A stretch of 64,000 nucleotides of DNA from Octopus vulgaris (Eukaryota). Location: NCBI GenBank assembly GCA_951406725.2, contig OX597834.1:37448001-37512000 (forward strand), read 5' to 3'. The notes beneath the pieces were generated by a model. That model had not been told where the DNA came from. It saw only the letters and a list, made by a program, of their open reading frames with translations, and did not search any database. Of this stretch, positions 26,185 to 38,434 are shown piece after piece. The first letter of the stretch is position 1, and the number at the start of each line of letters is the position of its first letter. Both the position numbers and the translations under genes were made by a program.

Positions 26185-26430
26185 AGTGGCTGAGTACTCC
26201 ATAGACATGCATACCCTTAATGTAGTTCACAGGGAGATTTAGCATGACACAGGAAGTGACAAGGCTGGCCCTTTGAATCACAGGTACAACTCATTTTATC
26301 CAGATAAATGGACAGGAGCAACATGAAATAAAGCATCTTGCTCAAGGAAACAAGGCATAGTTGGGAATTGAACTCACAACCCTATACTCATTAGCCAAAT
26401 TTCCTAACCCCTGAGCCATGCACCTTCACA
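26185..26430 (-). mobile_element. tRNA-derived SINE family D
   Basis: Reverse complement gives gtgcatggctcaggggttagg...gtgagttcaattccc...cttgagcaagatgctttatttcatgttgctcc. Related copies: 23240-23402(-), 35540-35745(-), 48610-48710(-), 62322-62490(+). Confidence 0.7.
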
Positions 26431-27044
26431 AAGGTTAACCCTTAGCATTCAGATTATTCTATCAAATGACAGGGTGAGTGTGTGTAGGAGACAGGATCTG
26501 GCCAGTTTAAACCTAAAACGGGTAGAATATTTGGGCTGGACATGGCTGGTTTAAGCACTAAAGAGTTAAACCAACTGTTTGTTGTGTGTATATATAAATG
26601 ACTGCAGACAAATGTGTATTTGCATCTATGAATGTATGTGTCAACTTGTATGTGTATGCATTGATCTTTATCTATGTGGATATGTGCATCTACGAATATC
26701 TATATGCGTATGATCAAATGTGAATATTCTAGTGTTAGCTGGGATGTGTGTGCGTGTGTGTGTGTGTGTGTATTTCCATTTATGTATTTTACTTTTCTTG
26801 TCAATATTAAATGGAAAAGTAGTGTTTCTGAAAGTCAATTTCATGGTACAAAACTGGCAAATAAGATTATTATTATTGTTGTTATTATTATCATCATCAC
26901 CACCACCATCATCATTATTATATTAATAATTATTATTATCATCGTCATCATCATTATTACAATGATTATTATTATCATTATTATTATCAACATCATCATT
27001 ATTATTATCATTATTATTATAATAATTATTACTATCATTTCATC

Positions 27045-27696
27045 ACCCGGCCATCATGCCTGGTCCCAGTTACTGCCTGACCAGGTTGGAGTGTCCCTTG
27101 TTTAAATTTTTGTGGAAGGGATGCATTCCAATGGTCAGCAGTCAGTCTGTTGTCAGCATCCTCTCAGTGGTGAATTAGGTATGCTGTGGCACCTAATGCA
27201 CACACATGCTCTTAGGTTATGCCACCTGCAGTGATTTCTGGATGGTGAGCATGTGTGAGCTCCGTTTGTGAGGCTTGTCTTCTTGCAGCTCATCTCCTTC
27301 GTGGAGCTGCAGTCCTGGGTGAAGAAAATACCGAAACTGGGTGCCTGGCACCTAGAATATCATCAAGTGCTGACAGCCCTTTACCAGTCAGACAATGGCT
27401 TTAGAAATTTATTGAGAATTAGGGGTGGGGAAGTGCAAGGATATTCTCAGGGAGACTCTGGGCAATGACGAGAACACACTGGCTAGTCTGTTCTGGAGGA
27501 CTGTCCAGTTGGGAACTATCATGGATAATTTCCAGATGTCCTTGGCTTGGCAGTGCCACCAGGGGGCACTACCAGTTCAAGATAAACTCTACAGATGTGC
27601 TGTCATATAGGCTTGTCCGAGGTGCATGTAGAGTGATGAAACCATTCTGTGTGCCCTCGTTCAGTGGCCAGGCATTGCTGACTTGTGGGTTTATGT

Positions 27697-27729
<33 letters not shown>

Positions 27730-28480
27730 TGTGTACAGTGCTCAGGTGCACTACAACTCATGGAGGGTATGCGTTTGGTTGCACGTCTCTGGACAGATTC
27801 CAGGAGGTCAATGTTCTGTGCAAGATAGGGGTTCCAAACTGATGATGCGAATTCCACACGTGTGGGACGGATCTGTCTGTCAGCCAAGTCTGTAGCGATG
27901 ATTGCACTGCTGCCTTTCTTCAAGCAGACAGGCAAGGCAGTTTTCCTTTGCCTGGTGGCTGTGGTGAAAGAGGTTGTTTGGTGGACAAGGCTGAAATGAA
28001 TGAGGACAGATACATTCCTCTTTGGTAAAGCTCTCATTGACTTCTTCAAGTTTCACTTGAAAAGGAAATTGAGAGTGGAGAGGGAAGTGCTGTCCTTGAG
28101 TGAATTTATTGAACGGTGGGTGAAAGTTGCAAAAATGGCAAGAGTGGATGGGACCTCTCTAAGTGTAGACCTGTGAGTCAGAGGGAAGGAATTGGAGAGG
28201 GCACTTGCTCCGGGTGTTTCAGCGAAACCTCAGGCAGTGGGGTTCCTCGACTATCCCTAGAGGCCTTCCTGTATCAGGAAGGTCACATCTCTATTATCCC
28301 CTCTGCCACTTTTTTTCCTAACCACATGTCCCTTCTTTTTCAGTGTAGATTGTGTATACTTTCTTTCCTTTTTTATTTCCTTTCTTTTATCATTTCATTA
28401 TACATAAACCCCTACACTTTATGTCTCTCTTTGTATTCCCCACCACCTTATCATTTGCCCTTGTGGCAAATAAATGAAAA
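27045..28480 (+). pseudogene. 5'-truncated, decayed Tx1/L1-clade LINE (ORF2 C-terminal region and 3' UTR)
   Basis: Translates to FKFLWKG..CCQHPLSGELGM, DNFQMSLAWQCHQGALPVQDKL, a decayed zinc knuckle CPRC..SDET..(H>C)ALVQ(C>W), and VKEVVWWTR...FFKFHLKRKLRVERE...RWV with stop at 28174-28176. AATAAA at 28469. Several stops and frameshifts. Confidence 0.8.
27698..27854 (-). mobile_element. Internally deleted CR1/L2-type fragment nested antisense in the Tx1-like LINE
   Basis: Minus strand encodes EFASSVWNPYLAQNIDLLESVQRRATKRIP, then jumps directly to gttgtagtgcacctgagcactgtacacaa(TTA)n. The Tx1 frame resumes on the other side. Confidence 0.8.
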
Positions 28481-28526
28481 CAATTATTATAATTATTATC
28501 ATCATCATTATCATTATTATTATTAT

Positions 28527-28765
28527 TGAGTGAGAGAGCAGTGCATGCCATCAAAGTGACACTGGGGTAAAGTATATGAAGCCCAGTATACTCATCATGA
28601 CTGCCCGTCTGATAAGGGTACACCGGACATATGCATCACAACCATATGTGCATGACATAGTGATGTCATATCAAGATAAATGGCACATGACCTCACAGGC
28701 GGGACCCAGTTAGAATTTTCTTCAGGTTGAGTAGCCCATCCTGCTCTAAAGGTCCCTGAATAAAG
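28527..28765. repeat. Unclassified complex interspersed-repeat-like segment between (TTA)n tracts
   Basis: About 240 bp of higher-GC sequence bounded by trinucleotide tails. It resembles a recalled octopus repeat but is single-copy in this window. Confidence 0.4.
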
Positions 28766-28779
28766 CCCCTCATTATTAT

Positions 28780-28794
28780 TATTATTATTATTAT

Positions 28795-28842
<48 letters not shown>

Positions 28843-29767
28843 AGATGAAAAATGTAGATGCTGGTCATATTGATGATGATGATGATGACAATGGTGGCTG
28901 GTGGTTGTGGCATTGATGAGTATGAGAATGATGATGATTACAATGATGATAATAATAGAGGCAGTAGTCATAAGGGTGGTAGCATTGATGGCGTTTCTTT
29001 CAAAACTAACAACGATGATGATGATGATGATGATGATGATGATAAAACTACAGGTGATGGTAATGGGTTTGACACTGACAGCAACGAACATGATGATGAT
29101 GATAATGATGATGATGATGATACAGGCGTTTTATTGCACTGTTGCTGCAGATGATGATGATGATGATGAAGATGATGAAGATGATGGTTACAGTTTTGAC
29201 ATTGACAGCAATGACGATGATGATGATTTCATTGAAGACACTGGTGATGGTTATGGCTTAGACACTGACAGCAATGATGGTGATGATGATGGTGATGATG
29301 ATGGTGATGATAATGGTGATGATGCCCAGTGATGGTGATGGTGGAGGAGGAGGAGGAGGGGAGGAGAATTAAAGTGGTGGTGGTGGTGGTGGCGATGATC
29401 TTGAGGAAACCACTGCTGATGGTTATGACATTGACAGTAGTGATGATGATCAACGGCAGGGGGGAGATGAAGAGGATAAAGAGAAGGAAAAAAGAAGAGG
29501 TGGAGGATTATGGTCATGGCAGTGGTGGTGGTGGTGGTGGTGGTGGCGGCACTGATCATCATCATCATCATCATCATCATCATTATAACCTTGAGGAAAC
29601 CACTGGCAATGGGTTTTGGTTTTGACATTGACGGCAATAATGATGATGATGATGATTATAGTGATGGAAATTATGATGGTGGTGGTGGTGATGGTGTTGG
29701 TGGTATTTATGATGATGGGGATGATAATAGTGGTGGTGTTGCTGACGGTAGTTTTCATCATAAGGAA

Positions 29768-29798
<31 letters not shown>

Positions 29799-30060
29799 AC
29801 AGCGACAGCGGTGTTGGTCATGAGAAGAACGGAAACAATAGTGATGAGAAAGAGAATGACGACGATAAGTGAAATAAATAAACGAAAAGAAAAAAAACTG
29901 TAGAGCAAACAAAAACAGAAACAAACCAACAAAACTACAGAACAGTCAAGAAAAAAAAAAGAAACTAAAACCATTTTTGATGTTTAAATATTTTTTTAGC
30001 CAAAAATAAAAATCACAAAAATTTTATTGTTTCTTGTTCTTCTTGTCATTTTCTTCCTTC

Positions 30061-30110
<50 letters not shown>

Positions 30111-30930
30111 GATTGCTGTTATTATTATTATTATTATTATGATTGCTATTATTATTGTTATTATTATTATTATTATTGTTGTTATTATTATTGTTATTAC
30201 TATTTTTATTGTCTTCAATTCAGCATTTTTACATCTTGTCTTATTTTATAGAAACAACAAACAAGAAAAATATACAAGAAAAAAAAAATGATTAAATAAA
30301 AAAAAGTAAAAGACATTAAATAAATAAAGGATAAAAAAAAACATAAAACAAACTGCAGCAGCAGCAGCAGCATCAGCAGCAACACCAACAGAAAGAGTGA
30401 CAACAGAAGCAGAGACAACAACAGCAACAGCAGCAATAATAATGACTTCAATAGCAACAACATTAACAACAGACAGAATAACAACAAAAACAACAGCAGC
30501 AGCAACAACAACAGAAACAGCAGCAGAAGCAACAACAACAACGGCAACATGAACAACAACAGCAAAACCGAGATCAAGAGCTGAAGCAACAACAACAACA
30601 ATGAAAATAATAACAACTACAGTTATAATGCAACCATCATCTCCACCACCACCATCACCACCACCACCATCACCGCCACCATCACCATCATCACCACCAC
30701 CACCACCGCCACCATCACCACCATCACCGCTACCACCACCACCATCACTGCTACCATCACCACCACCACCACCATCACCGCCACCATCACCACCACTACC
30801 ACCATCACCACCACCACCACCACCACCACCATCACCACCACCGACACCAACACCACCACCATCACTGCCACCACCATCACCGCCACCACCATCACTGCCA
30901 CCACCACCACCACCACCACCGCCAACCACA
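28780..30930. repeat. Mosaic of trinucleotide tracts (TAG, GAT, GGT, CAT, TTA, CAA/CAG, CAC)
   Basis: Directly visible. Source of the poly-D, poly-M, poly-L, poly-P and poly-G ORFs. Confidence 0.9.
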
Positions 30931-31098
30931 ATGTTCCATTGCTAATTGAGATGTGCAGTAACAATTCTAGAAAGAGATTCAAGACTTTTTTATGATGTTT
31001 ATTATGACAGCTAATTTCATGTTTTTAACAAGATTTCCACCCCTTCCCCTTCCACATCCCCAGCACTCTTCTTTTGCTTAATATTGCTATCATTATTG

Positions 31099-31131
<33 letters not shown>

Positions 31132-31276
31132 GTGTTTCTGTTGTTACTATTGCTGTTTTTATTAATGCTATTATTATTGTTATTGTTATTACCATCTACA
31201 CCCCTGTGGCTAATAAAAGAAATCATTATTATTGTTATTATTATTATTGTTGTTGCTGTTGTTGTTATCATTGTTA

Positions 31277-31479
31277 AGGTGGTGAGCTGGCAGAGCTGTT
31301 AGCAAAATGCTTGGTGGCATTTTGCCAATCCTTACATCCAAGTTCAAATTCCACCGAGGTTGACTTCGCCTTTCATCTTTTCGGGGTCAATAAATTAAAT
31401 ACCAGTCAAGTACTGGGGTTGATGTAATCGACAATGCCCCTCCCCACAAAATTCAGGACTTGTGCCTTTACTAGAAAGG

Positions 31480-31518
<39 letters not shown>

Positions 31519-31755
31519 GTTGTTGTTGTTGTTATTATTATTAAGGTGGCAAGCTGGCAGAACTGTTGGGATGCTGGGGAAAATGCTTAGTGGCATTTCG
31601 TCTATCCTTATGTTCTGAGTTCAAATTCTACCGAGGTCGACTTTGCCTTTCGTCCTTTTGAAGTCAATAAATTAAGCACCAATTGAGCACTGGGGTTAAA
31701 GTAATCAACTATCGCCCTCCCCCAAATTTCAGGCCTAGTGCCTATAGTAGAAAGG

Positions 31756-31793
<38 letters not shown>

Positions 31794-32017
31794 AGGTGGT
31801 GATGTGGCAGAGTCGTTAGCATGCCAGGCAAAATGCTTAGTAGTATTTCGTCTGTCCTTATATGTGTTCAAATTCCGCTAAAGTCGACTGTGCTTTTCAT
31901 CCTTTTGGGGGCTAATAAAATAAATACCATCTGTACATTCTGAGTTCAAATTCTACCAAGGTCAACTTTGCCTTTTGTCCCTCTCGGGGCCAATAAAATA
32001 AGTAGCAGTTGAGTACT
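31277..32017 (+). mobile_element. Four tandem family A SINE copies separated by (TTA)n tails
   Basis: aaggtgg..agctggcag heads at about 31277, 31544 and 31794, plus a headless copy at 31935. Confidence 0.85.
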
Positions 32018-32402
32018 GGAGTAACGTTACTCATCAGGGTGCTTAGCTCGGACATCAGGGTGACTCTCCAGATTGAACCACTACTCCTCAGCATTATGTG
32101 GTCATACCTCTTGTACTACAGACATCAGATTAGAGTGTAGCCGGAATGAATCGCAAGATGGGTTCTTCAAGCCAGGCCAACCAGCAGGAGATCTAGGAGT
32201 GGACTAAGAATGAAATGGTTGGATACTGGCCATAGTCTCAATTGGTCGTATTTGGGAAAGCTTAATGATTGGTGATTCTGATATGACCCTAGGGTGGAGG
32301 TGCCTGAGGACTCTACTCTCATGACCCTACAAGGAGTAGGAGGAAAAGGAAACAAATGGATGGATGGATAGATGGATGGATGGACGGCTGGATGGATGGA
32401 TA
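32018..32402 (+). pseudogene. RTE-clade LINE 3' end (Rex3/Expander-like) with (GGAT)n tail
   Basis: Translates GVTLLIRVLSSDIRVTLQIEPLLLSI...VLQARPTSRRSRSGLRMKWLD...LNWSYLG (decayed EPLLL.IE...G.R.RGRPR..W.D), followed by aaatggatggatgga. Confidence 0.7.
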
Positions 32403-33274
32403 GATAGACCATCATCATCATCATCATTATAATAATCATTAGATCACTGTCAAAAAATGCTATGCAGTAGGTTTTCCAACCCCTTACATTCTGATTTCAA
32501 ATCACATGGAGACTGACCCTTTCTTTCACTTTTCGCAGATGGGAGAAATAAGTATCAAATAGATTCGGGATGGAATAAAATTCATAAATCATTTATAGAG
32601 AAACTCAAAATGGTTTTGTTCTTTTTCTGATGTTGTCCAAGGTAAACTTTCGCTTTTTATCTTCCGAGGTTGATAAAATAAAGCACGAGAATAGATACAA
32701 TCAACTATATTTTCCTCTGACATGTGCGGCTTTGTGCTTATCTTAAATATACAATGCATATATACATGTATAGGATAAACACACACACACATATATATAT
32801 ATATATGTATATATACACATTCATACCTATATGCACACACACACACACACACACACATAAAATACGTATGTATATACAAATTCATTGTATGCATATATGT
32901 ATTTATATATGTATACATACACATGCAAATATACAAATATAGATATGTGTCTGTATACATATACATATGTATATAATATATATGCATACTTGTATGTACA
33001 AATTCCTTGCATATATATATATACATACACACATACATACACACACAGACATAAATATATTAAGTGTATATAAATATATGTACACACACACACATATATA
33101 CATGTATATATATATATACATATATATATTCATATATATATATGTATATATATATTCATATATATATATGATATATATATATATATATACATATATACAT
33201 ATGAATATATATATATACATATATATATGTACATGTATATATATGTATATATGTGTGTATATTATGTATGTGTG

Positions 33275-33355
<81 letters not shown>

Positions 33356-33769
33356 CACATGCCTATATGCACACAGATACATCATGACATGCATGAGGTA
33401 AAGAAAAAGAAAAAAACATCCTAAAATACACAGGAGATGCGTTCAGTGTTTTTGAAGTTGAATTTTTCACTGAGAGGTTTTGATTGGATGAAGTGAAATC
33501 TTCAATTCAGTAAGATGACAGAATGGAGTTTCTGGTTGCTTTTGATGAAAAATAGTTTTAATATAGAAAAACAAGAAATATATATATTTCTAAATAATTT
33601 TATTAGCGTAAGATGATAAGAAAATTTCTTTGTTTTGTTGGTGTGTTTCTTGTTTGGTCGTATAATTTTATTTATTGTTTTTTTTTTTGTTTTTGTTTTT
33701 TTTTTTTGCTTGACTGTTTTTCTTTTTTATTGTTTTGGTTCTTTATTCATGTTAAATCAATCAGAAATG

Positions 33770-34290
33770 AAGTTTGAGAAAGACGGAAAGGAAGAGAGAG
33801 AGAGAGAGAGAGAGAGATAAAGAAGGGAAGGAAGGAAGAAGGACAGTAAGATGGGAAGATGAAAAGACAAAAGAGAGAGATAAAGGAAAGAGAGAGAGAG
33901 AGGGAGAGAAAGAAGAAAGCAGAAGGAAGGGGGAGAAAGGAGGATGAAAAGAAAGAAGGAAAGGAAATTGGAAAGAAGGAAAGAAAGAAAGAAGAAAGAT
34001 GGGAAAAAGAAAGAGAAAAGAAAAATGGAGCAAAGCAAGAAGGAAAGAAAGATGGCAAAAGGAAGAAGGAAAGCAGACAGAGAGAAAGAAAGAAAGAAAT
34101 GTGGAAAAAAGAAAGAGAATGAAAGATGGAAAAGAAACAAGGAAGGAAAGAATGGATGAAAGAAGGAATGACGATGCAAGAAAGAAAGCAAGAAAGAAAG
34201 AAGGCAACCAATATACAGGTGAAAGTTAGGGAGGTGGAACATACAGAGACATGGAAAGAGATAGACAGACAGACAGACAGATACAGAGAG
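33770..34290. repeat. Purine-rich (GA/GAAA/GGAA) low-complexity tract
   Basis: Plus strand is almost entirely A/G. Confidence 0.9.
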
Positions 34291-34455
34291 ATACATACAT
34301 ACATATGTTTATACATACGTAGATACATATGTACGTACATACATGCATACATACATATGTTCATACACACACACATACATGCATGAATACGTACATACAT
34401 ACATACATACATATGTAAGTACATGCATACATATGTACACACATACACACATACA

Positions 34456-34504
<49 letters not shown>

Positions 34505-34965
34505 GTACATACATACATATGTTCATACATACATACATACGTACATACATACATACATACTTACATACATACATATGTACATACATTCATACATATATAC
34601 ACACACATACATACAGACATACAGACATACATTGACATACAGGTAGGTTGGTAGGTAGTTTAGTAGGTAGGGAGTGAGGGAGGGGAAATATTAAGTCCTT
34701 AGTTGTCAAGATGAAGTCAAATGATGAGAGGATAAAGAGATGAAAATCTATATGGAAAGGAGGACAAAAAAACCGTTGGAGGGAAGAGAAGAAATTTTTA
34801 TGTGAATAGAAGAGAAAAATAAGTGGAACTCTTTTTGGAATAGAGGAATAAAAATACCATATACTGTAACTGTTACAGTGGTTGCTTGGCAACCGATACA
34901 CATGATGTAACATTGTCAGTGAAAGATTAGTGTGTAGTAGATACTATGTGACTGTGTTAAGGTAG

Positions 34966-35745
34966 TAAGTAAAGTATAGTTTCTTCCAGTGTCGTATGAA
35001 CACATAGGGCTGGTTTCCTAGTTTCATGGCACATATATACCTATTTCTTTACTACCCACAAGGGTCTAAACACAGAAGGGACAAACAAGGACAGACAGAT
35101 GGATTAAGTCGATTATATCTATTTTTTTACTGCCCACAAGGGGCTAAACACAGAAGGGACAAACAAGGACAGCCAAATGGATTAAGTTGATTATATCGAC
35201 CTCAGTGTGTAACTGGTACTTATTTAATTGACCCCTAAAGGATGAAAGGCAAAATCGACCTCTGCAGAATTTGAACTCAGAATGTAACAGCAGACAAAAT
35301 ACCTATTTCTTTAATACCCACAAGGGGCTAAACACAGAGGAGACAAACAAGGATAGACAAACGGATTAAGTCGATTATATCGACCCCAGTGTGTAACTGG
35401 TACTCATTTAATCGACCCCGAAAGGATGAAAGGCAAAGTCAACCTTGGCGGAATTTGAACTCAGAACGTAGCGGCAGACGAAATACAGCTAAGCATTTCG
35501 CCCAGCGTGCTAACATTTCTGCCAGCTTGCCGCCTTATATATACCCCATGACACATATATACCCCTCCTGGATGGGGTGCCGGTCTGTTGTGGGATTACT
35601 CCTTTTCGCCAGCTGAGTGGACAGGAACAATGTGAAATGAAGTGTTTTGCTCAAGAACACAATGGGTCACCTTGTCCGGGAATTGAAACGACAATCTTAT
35701 GATCATTGGTCCAACACCTTAAAAACTAAGCCACATGCCTCCTAC
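34966..35745 (-). mobile_element. Multimeric family A SINE (35041-35535) nested in a family D SINE
   Basis: Probable D tail at 34966-35040 and D head at 35540-35745. atatatacc is repeated at both junctions. Confidence 0.7.
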
Positions 35746-35764
35746 TATTAGGTACCACCCCAAG

Positions 35765-37345
35765 GTTCAATCCTTGCTGTGATGCAGTAGCTTGCTTACC
35801 TTAATGGACCATGAGAGCTATGCCAGTGGAGCACAAGCTCTGGTTAGGGCCTCTTATATTGGACAGGTCAAATGACAAAGACCTGATTAATATGGACCAC
35901 CTCTTCCCAAAGACAAAAATGGGTTTGCCTAAGGCCAACACGCATATATAGACAACAAGCAAAAGTTACAGAAACATTAATGACAGTTTAAAAAAAGCCC
36001 AACATGACCTAAAAGAGGAAGGTCTTACCACAAGGAAACATAGGAACCCACGAGATGGCTGCCAGAGAGGGTACTCTAATAATAGCTGGAAGAGCAGGAA
36101 AAAACAGGGATCCAATGGGAGAGAAGAAGCAAAGACAACCTTGAGTTGAGAACAAGGAAGGGGGTCAGTCTAATATGGACCACCTGGCCCCAGAAGTAAA
36201 AATGCGTTTATATAGGGCCAACAGCCCTACTTAGAAAATAACAATGTTACAGAAGTATTGATAACAATTCTAAAGCAACAAGATTTGGGAGAGGAAGGCC
36301 TTCTCTCAGGGATGACAGCCCAGAGTTGAGAGCAGGGGAGAAAAGCTGTCTGTGGTTTCTGCTCCATGGGTGGTGGATGGCTTAAACTAGACAAGTCAAA
36401 GAAAAGAGGTAAAACTAATATGGATTACCTCTTCCCAGAGATAAAAAAGGGGTTGTGTAAGGCCAATGACTCTACCTAGGAAAAAGAGGAGTTACAGAAG
36501 CATCAATGAAAATTTTAAAACAAAATTCAGGAGAGGAAGGACCTCCCTCAGGGAAACATAAGAACCCATAAGGAAGGTGGAAGTGAAGATGCCCTAAATA
36601 TAGGTGGAAGTGAGATAATGAAGCAGAGCTGAAAAAGCAGGGATTCAACTGGTGAGAAGCAGAAAAGACAACCCATAGTTGATGATGGAAAAGAGGCAAG
36701 ATTAATACTGATTACCTGTTGCCTGAGGTAAAAATGGGTTTGCATTGGCCAACACCCCTATCTAGAAATAGGAAAAATCTCAGAAACATTGATGTCAATT
36801 CAAAACCAGTAAAACCTGGGAAAGGAAGGCCATCTCTCAGGGAAGATAGCCCACAGTTTAGAACAGCAGAGAAAATTTGCCAATGATCTATGCTCCATAA
36901 GTAGTGAAGAACTTAAGTGGACAGATCCAAGAGGCCAGACTAATACGAATCACCAATTTCTAAAGGTTAAAATGGGTTGCCTAGGGCCAATGGTTCTACC
37001 TAGAAAAATGTGAAGTTACAGAATCATTGAAGGCAATTCAAAAACAAGAGAGGAAAGCCTCCCTCAAGGAAACATATGAAAGAAGGGAAGAAGAGAAGAT
37101 GCCCTAAAAATAGCTAGAGGTGAGATATTGAGGAAGAGCTGAAAAAGCAGGGGTCCAACTGGAGGGAAGCAGAAAAGACAGTCCAGAGTTGATGACAGGA
37201 AATAGGCCAGATTAATATGGATCATCTATTCTCAGAAGTAAAAATGGGTTTGTATAGAGTTAAAAGCCCTACCAATAAGAAAGTTAAGTTACAGAAGCAT
37301 TGATGACAATTCTAAACCTACAAGTCCTGAAAGAAGAAGGCTTTT
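35765..37345 (+). repeat. Diverged higher-order tandem array derived from an internally deleted RTE element
   Basis: Anchor taata(t/c)..a..acc...aaaatgggttt...ggccaa...agttacagaa at 35888, 36171, 36416, 36703, 36941 and 37213 (periods 283, 245, 287, 238, 272). Long units translate to PKNS*R*DIEEELKKQG.NWREAEKT.QS, an RTE ORF end. Confidence 0.75.
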
Positions 37346-38194
37346 CCTTTTGAAAAGCATGTAATATGGTGTAGCAAAAATTCACAGAATCAAGTGTGAA
37401 GGAGATGCAAATGTAGATTGTTTATAGATTTCATCATTGTTCAAAATGCTTTGCAGTATTTAGTCACAGTTCTTTATGATTCTGAGTTCAAAACCTGCTT
37501 TTATCCTCACAGAGTTAATAAAATATAATGCCAGTAAATTATCGAAGTTGATTTAAAATTCCTGTTATGCATTTTAGATGTGAAGAGAATTTTAAGAGAA
37601 GACAGTAAAAGAAAAAAAAAAGAAAGAAAAAAAAGATTTATAACAGAAGAAAAGGAGAAGAAAGATCCATTACGACTAAAGCTTGTCGCCTGACAGTCTA
37701 GCAAGTCAACTACAGGTATCTCTATAATGGATATCTTGAAAATATATAAATTAAACAATAAGAAAATGGAGAAAAAATGTATAATAATTAGTGCCAAGAT
37801 ATTTTCAAAGAAATTGGAAAGCTTTGGTGACTGACCATCTGCCAGGGCATTAAAATATTGTTTGTGACAGAATATATGTTAGGGGAACTTCAAACAATCA
37901 TTTGTAATTATAAATCAACAACTTGCTGGAATATTTTTCTTAAATAAATGAATAAATATTAATGAGATTATTAACATATCTATTGTTTTATATTTTATTT
38001 ATAGTTTTTTTTTTATATATTGTTTCTGTTTGGGAGTATTTGTATAAGAAGACACTGAAGATCTTGTCATTTTTTTCTTTTCATAGTGAAGAAGAAAAGC
38101 ATCATATTCATGAATGTGAGTATATAGGTATAGATAGATATGATATATATAGTATAGATATGATATATGATAGATATGATATATGATATATATA

Positions 38195-38434
38195 CTGGGT
38201 CATCCCATAAATAATGCAGTTTTTTTTATACCTCTTTTATTTTTCAAATTTAAGATAAACAGAGTTCATTTTTTAATCCAAAATATACTCTCCTTCATTT
38301 TCTACAATGCTCTTCTATCTATCTGGTAGACTTGCAAGGCCCCTCTTCCAAAATTCACTTGTCTGTGATGAAAAATACTCCTCCATTACCGTTCTGGCCT
38401 CATCTACAAAATTCCTATATTTTCCAGCCAAATG
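38195..38434 (-). pseudogene. Mariner transposase C-terminal remnant with probable TIR
   Basis: 38434-38273 reads HLAGKYRNFVDEARTVMEEYFSSQTSEFWKRGLASLPDR*KSIVENEGEYILD*. The element ends at TA|ctgggtcatcccataaataatgc. Confidence 0.75.

Larger units (their letters stand above)
24362..26569 (+). mobile_element. Tandem array of eight piggyBac-type MITE units with later insertions
   Basis: Units start TTAA-(c)cctt..gcattcag at 24362, 25037, 25419, 25635, 25761, 25881, 26097 and 26435, most sharing gggtaggtgtgagagg-like internal sequence. The array ends ctaaagagTTAA. TTAA plus CCC termini are piggyBac hallmarks. Confidence 0.8.

Noticed and set aside
27696-28049. 117-aa minus-strand ORF as a single gene
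   Set aside because: A chimera of antisense Tx1 sequence, a CR1/L2 fragment and a (TTA)n tail.
30601-30945. Extensin/formin-like poly-Pro ORF
   Set aside because: Pure (CCA)n/(TCA) microsatellite; the opposite strand gives equally long poly-Gly and poly-Val ORFs.
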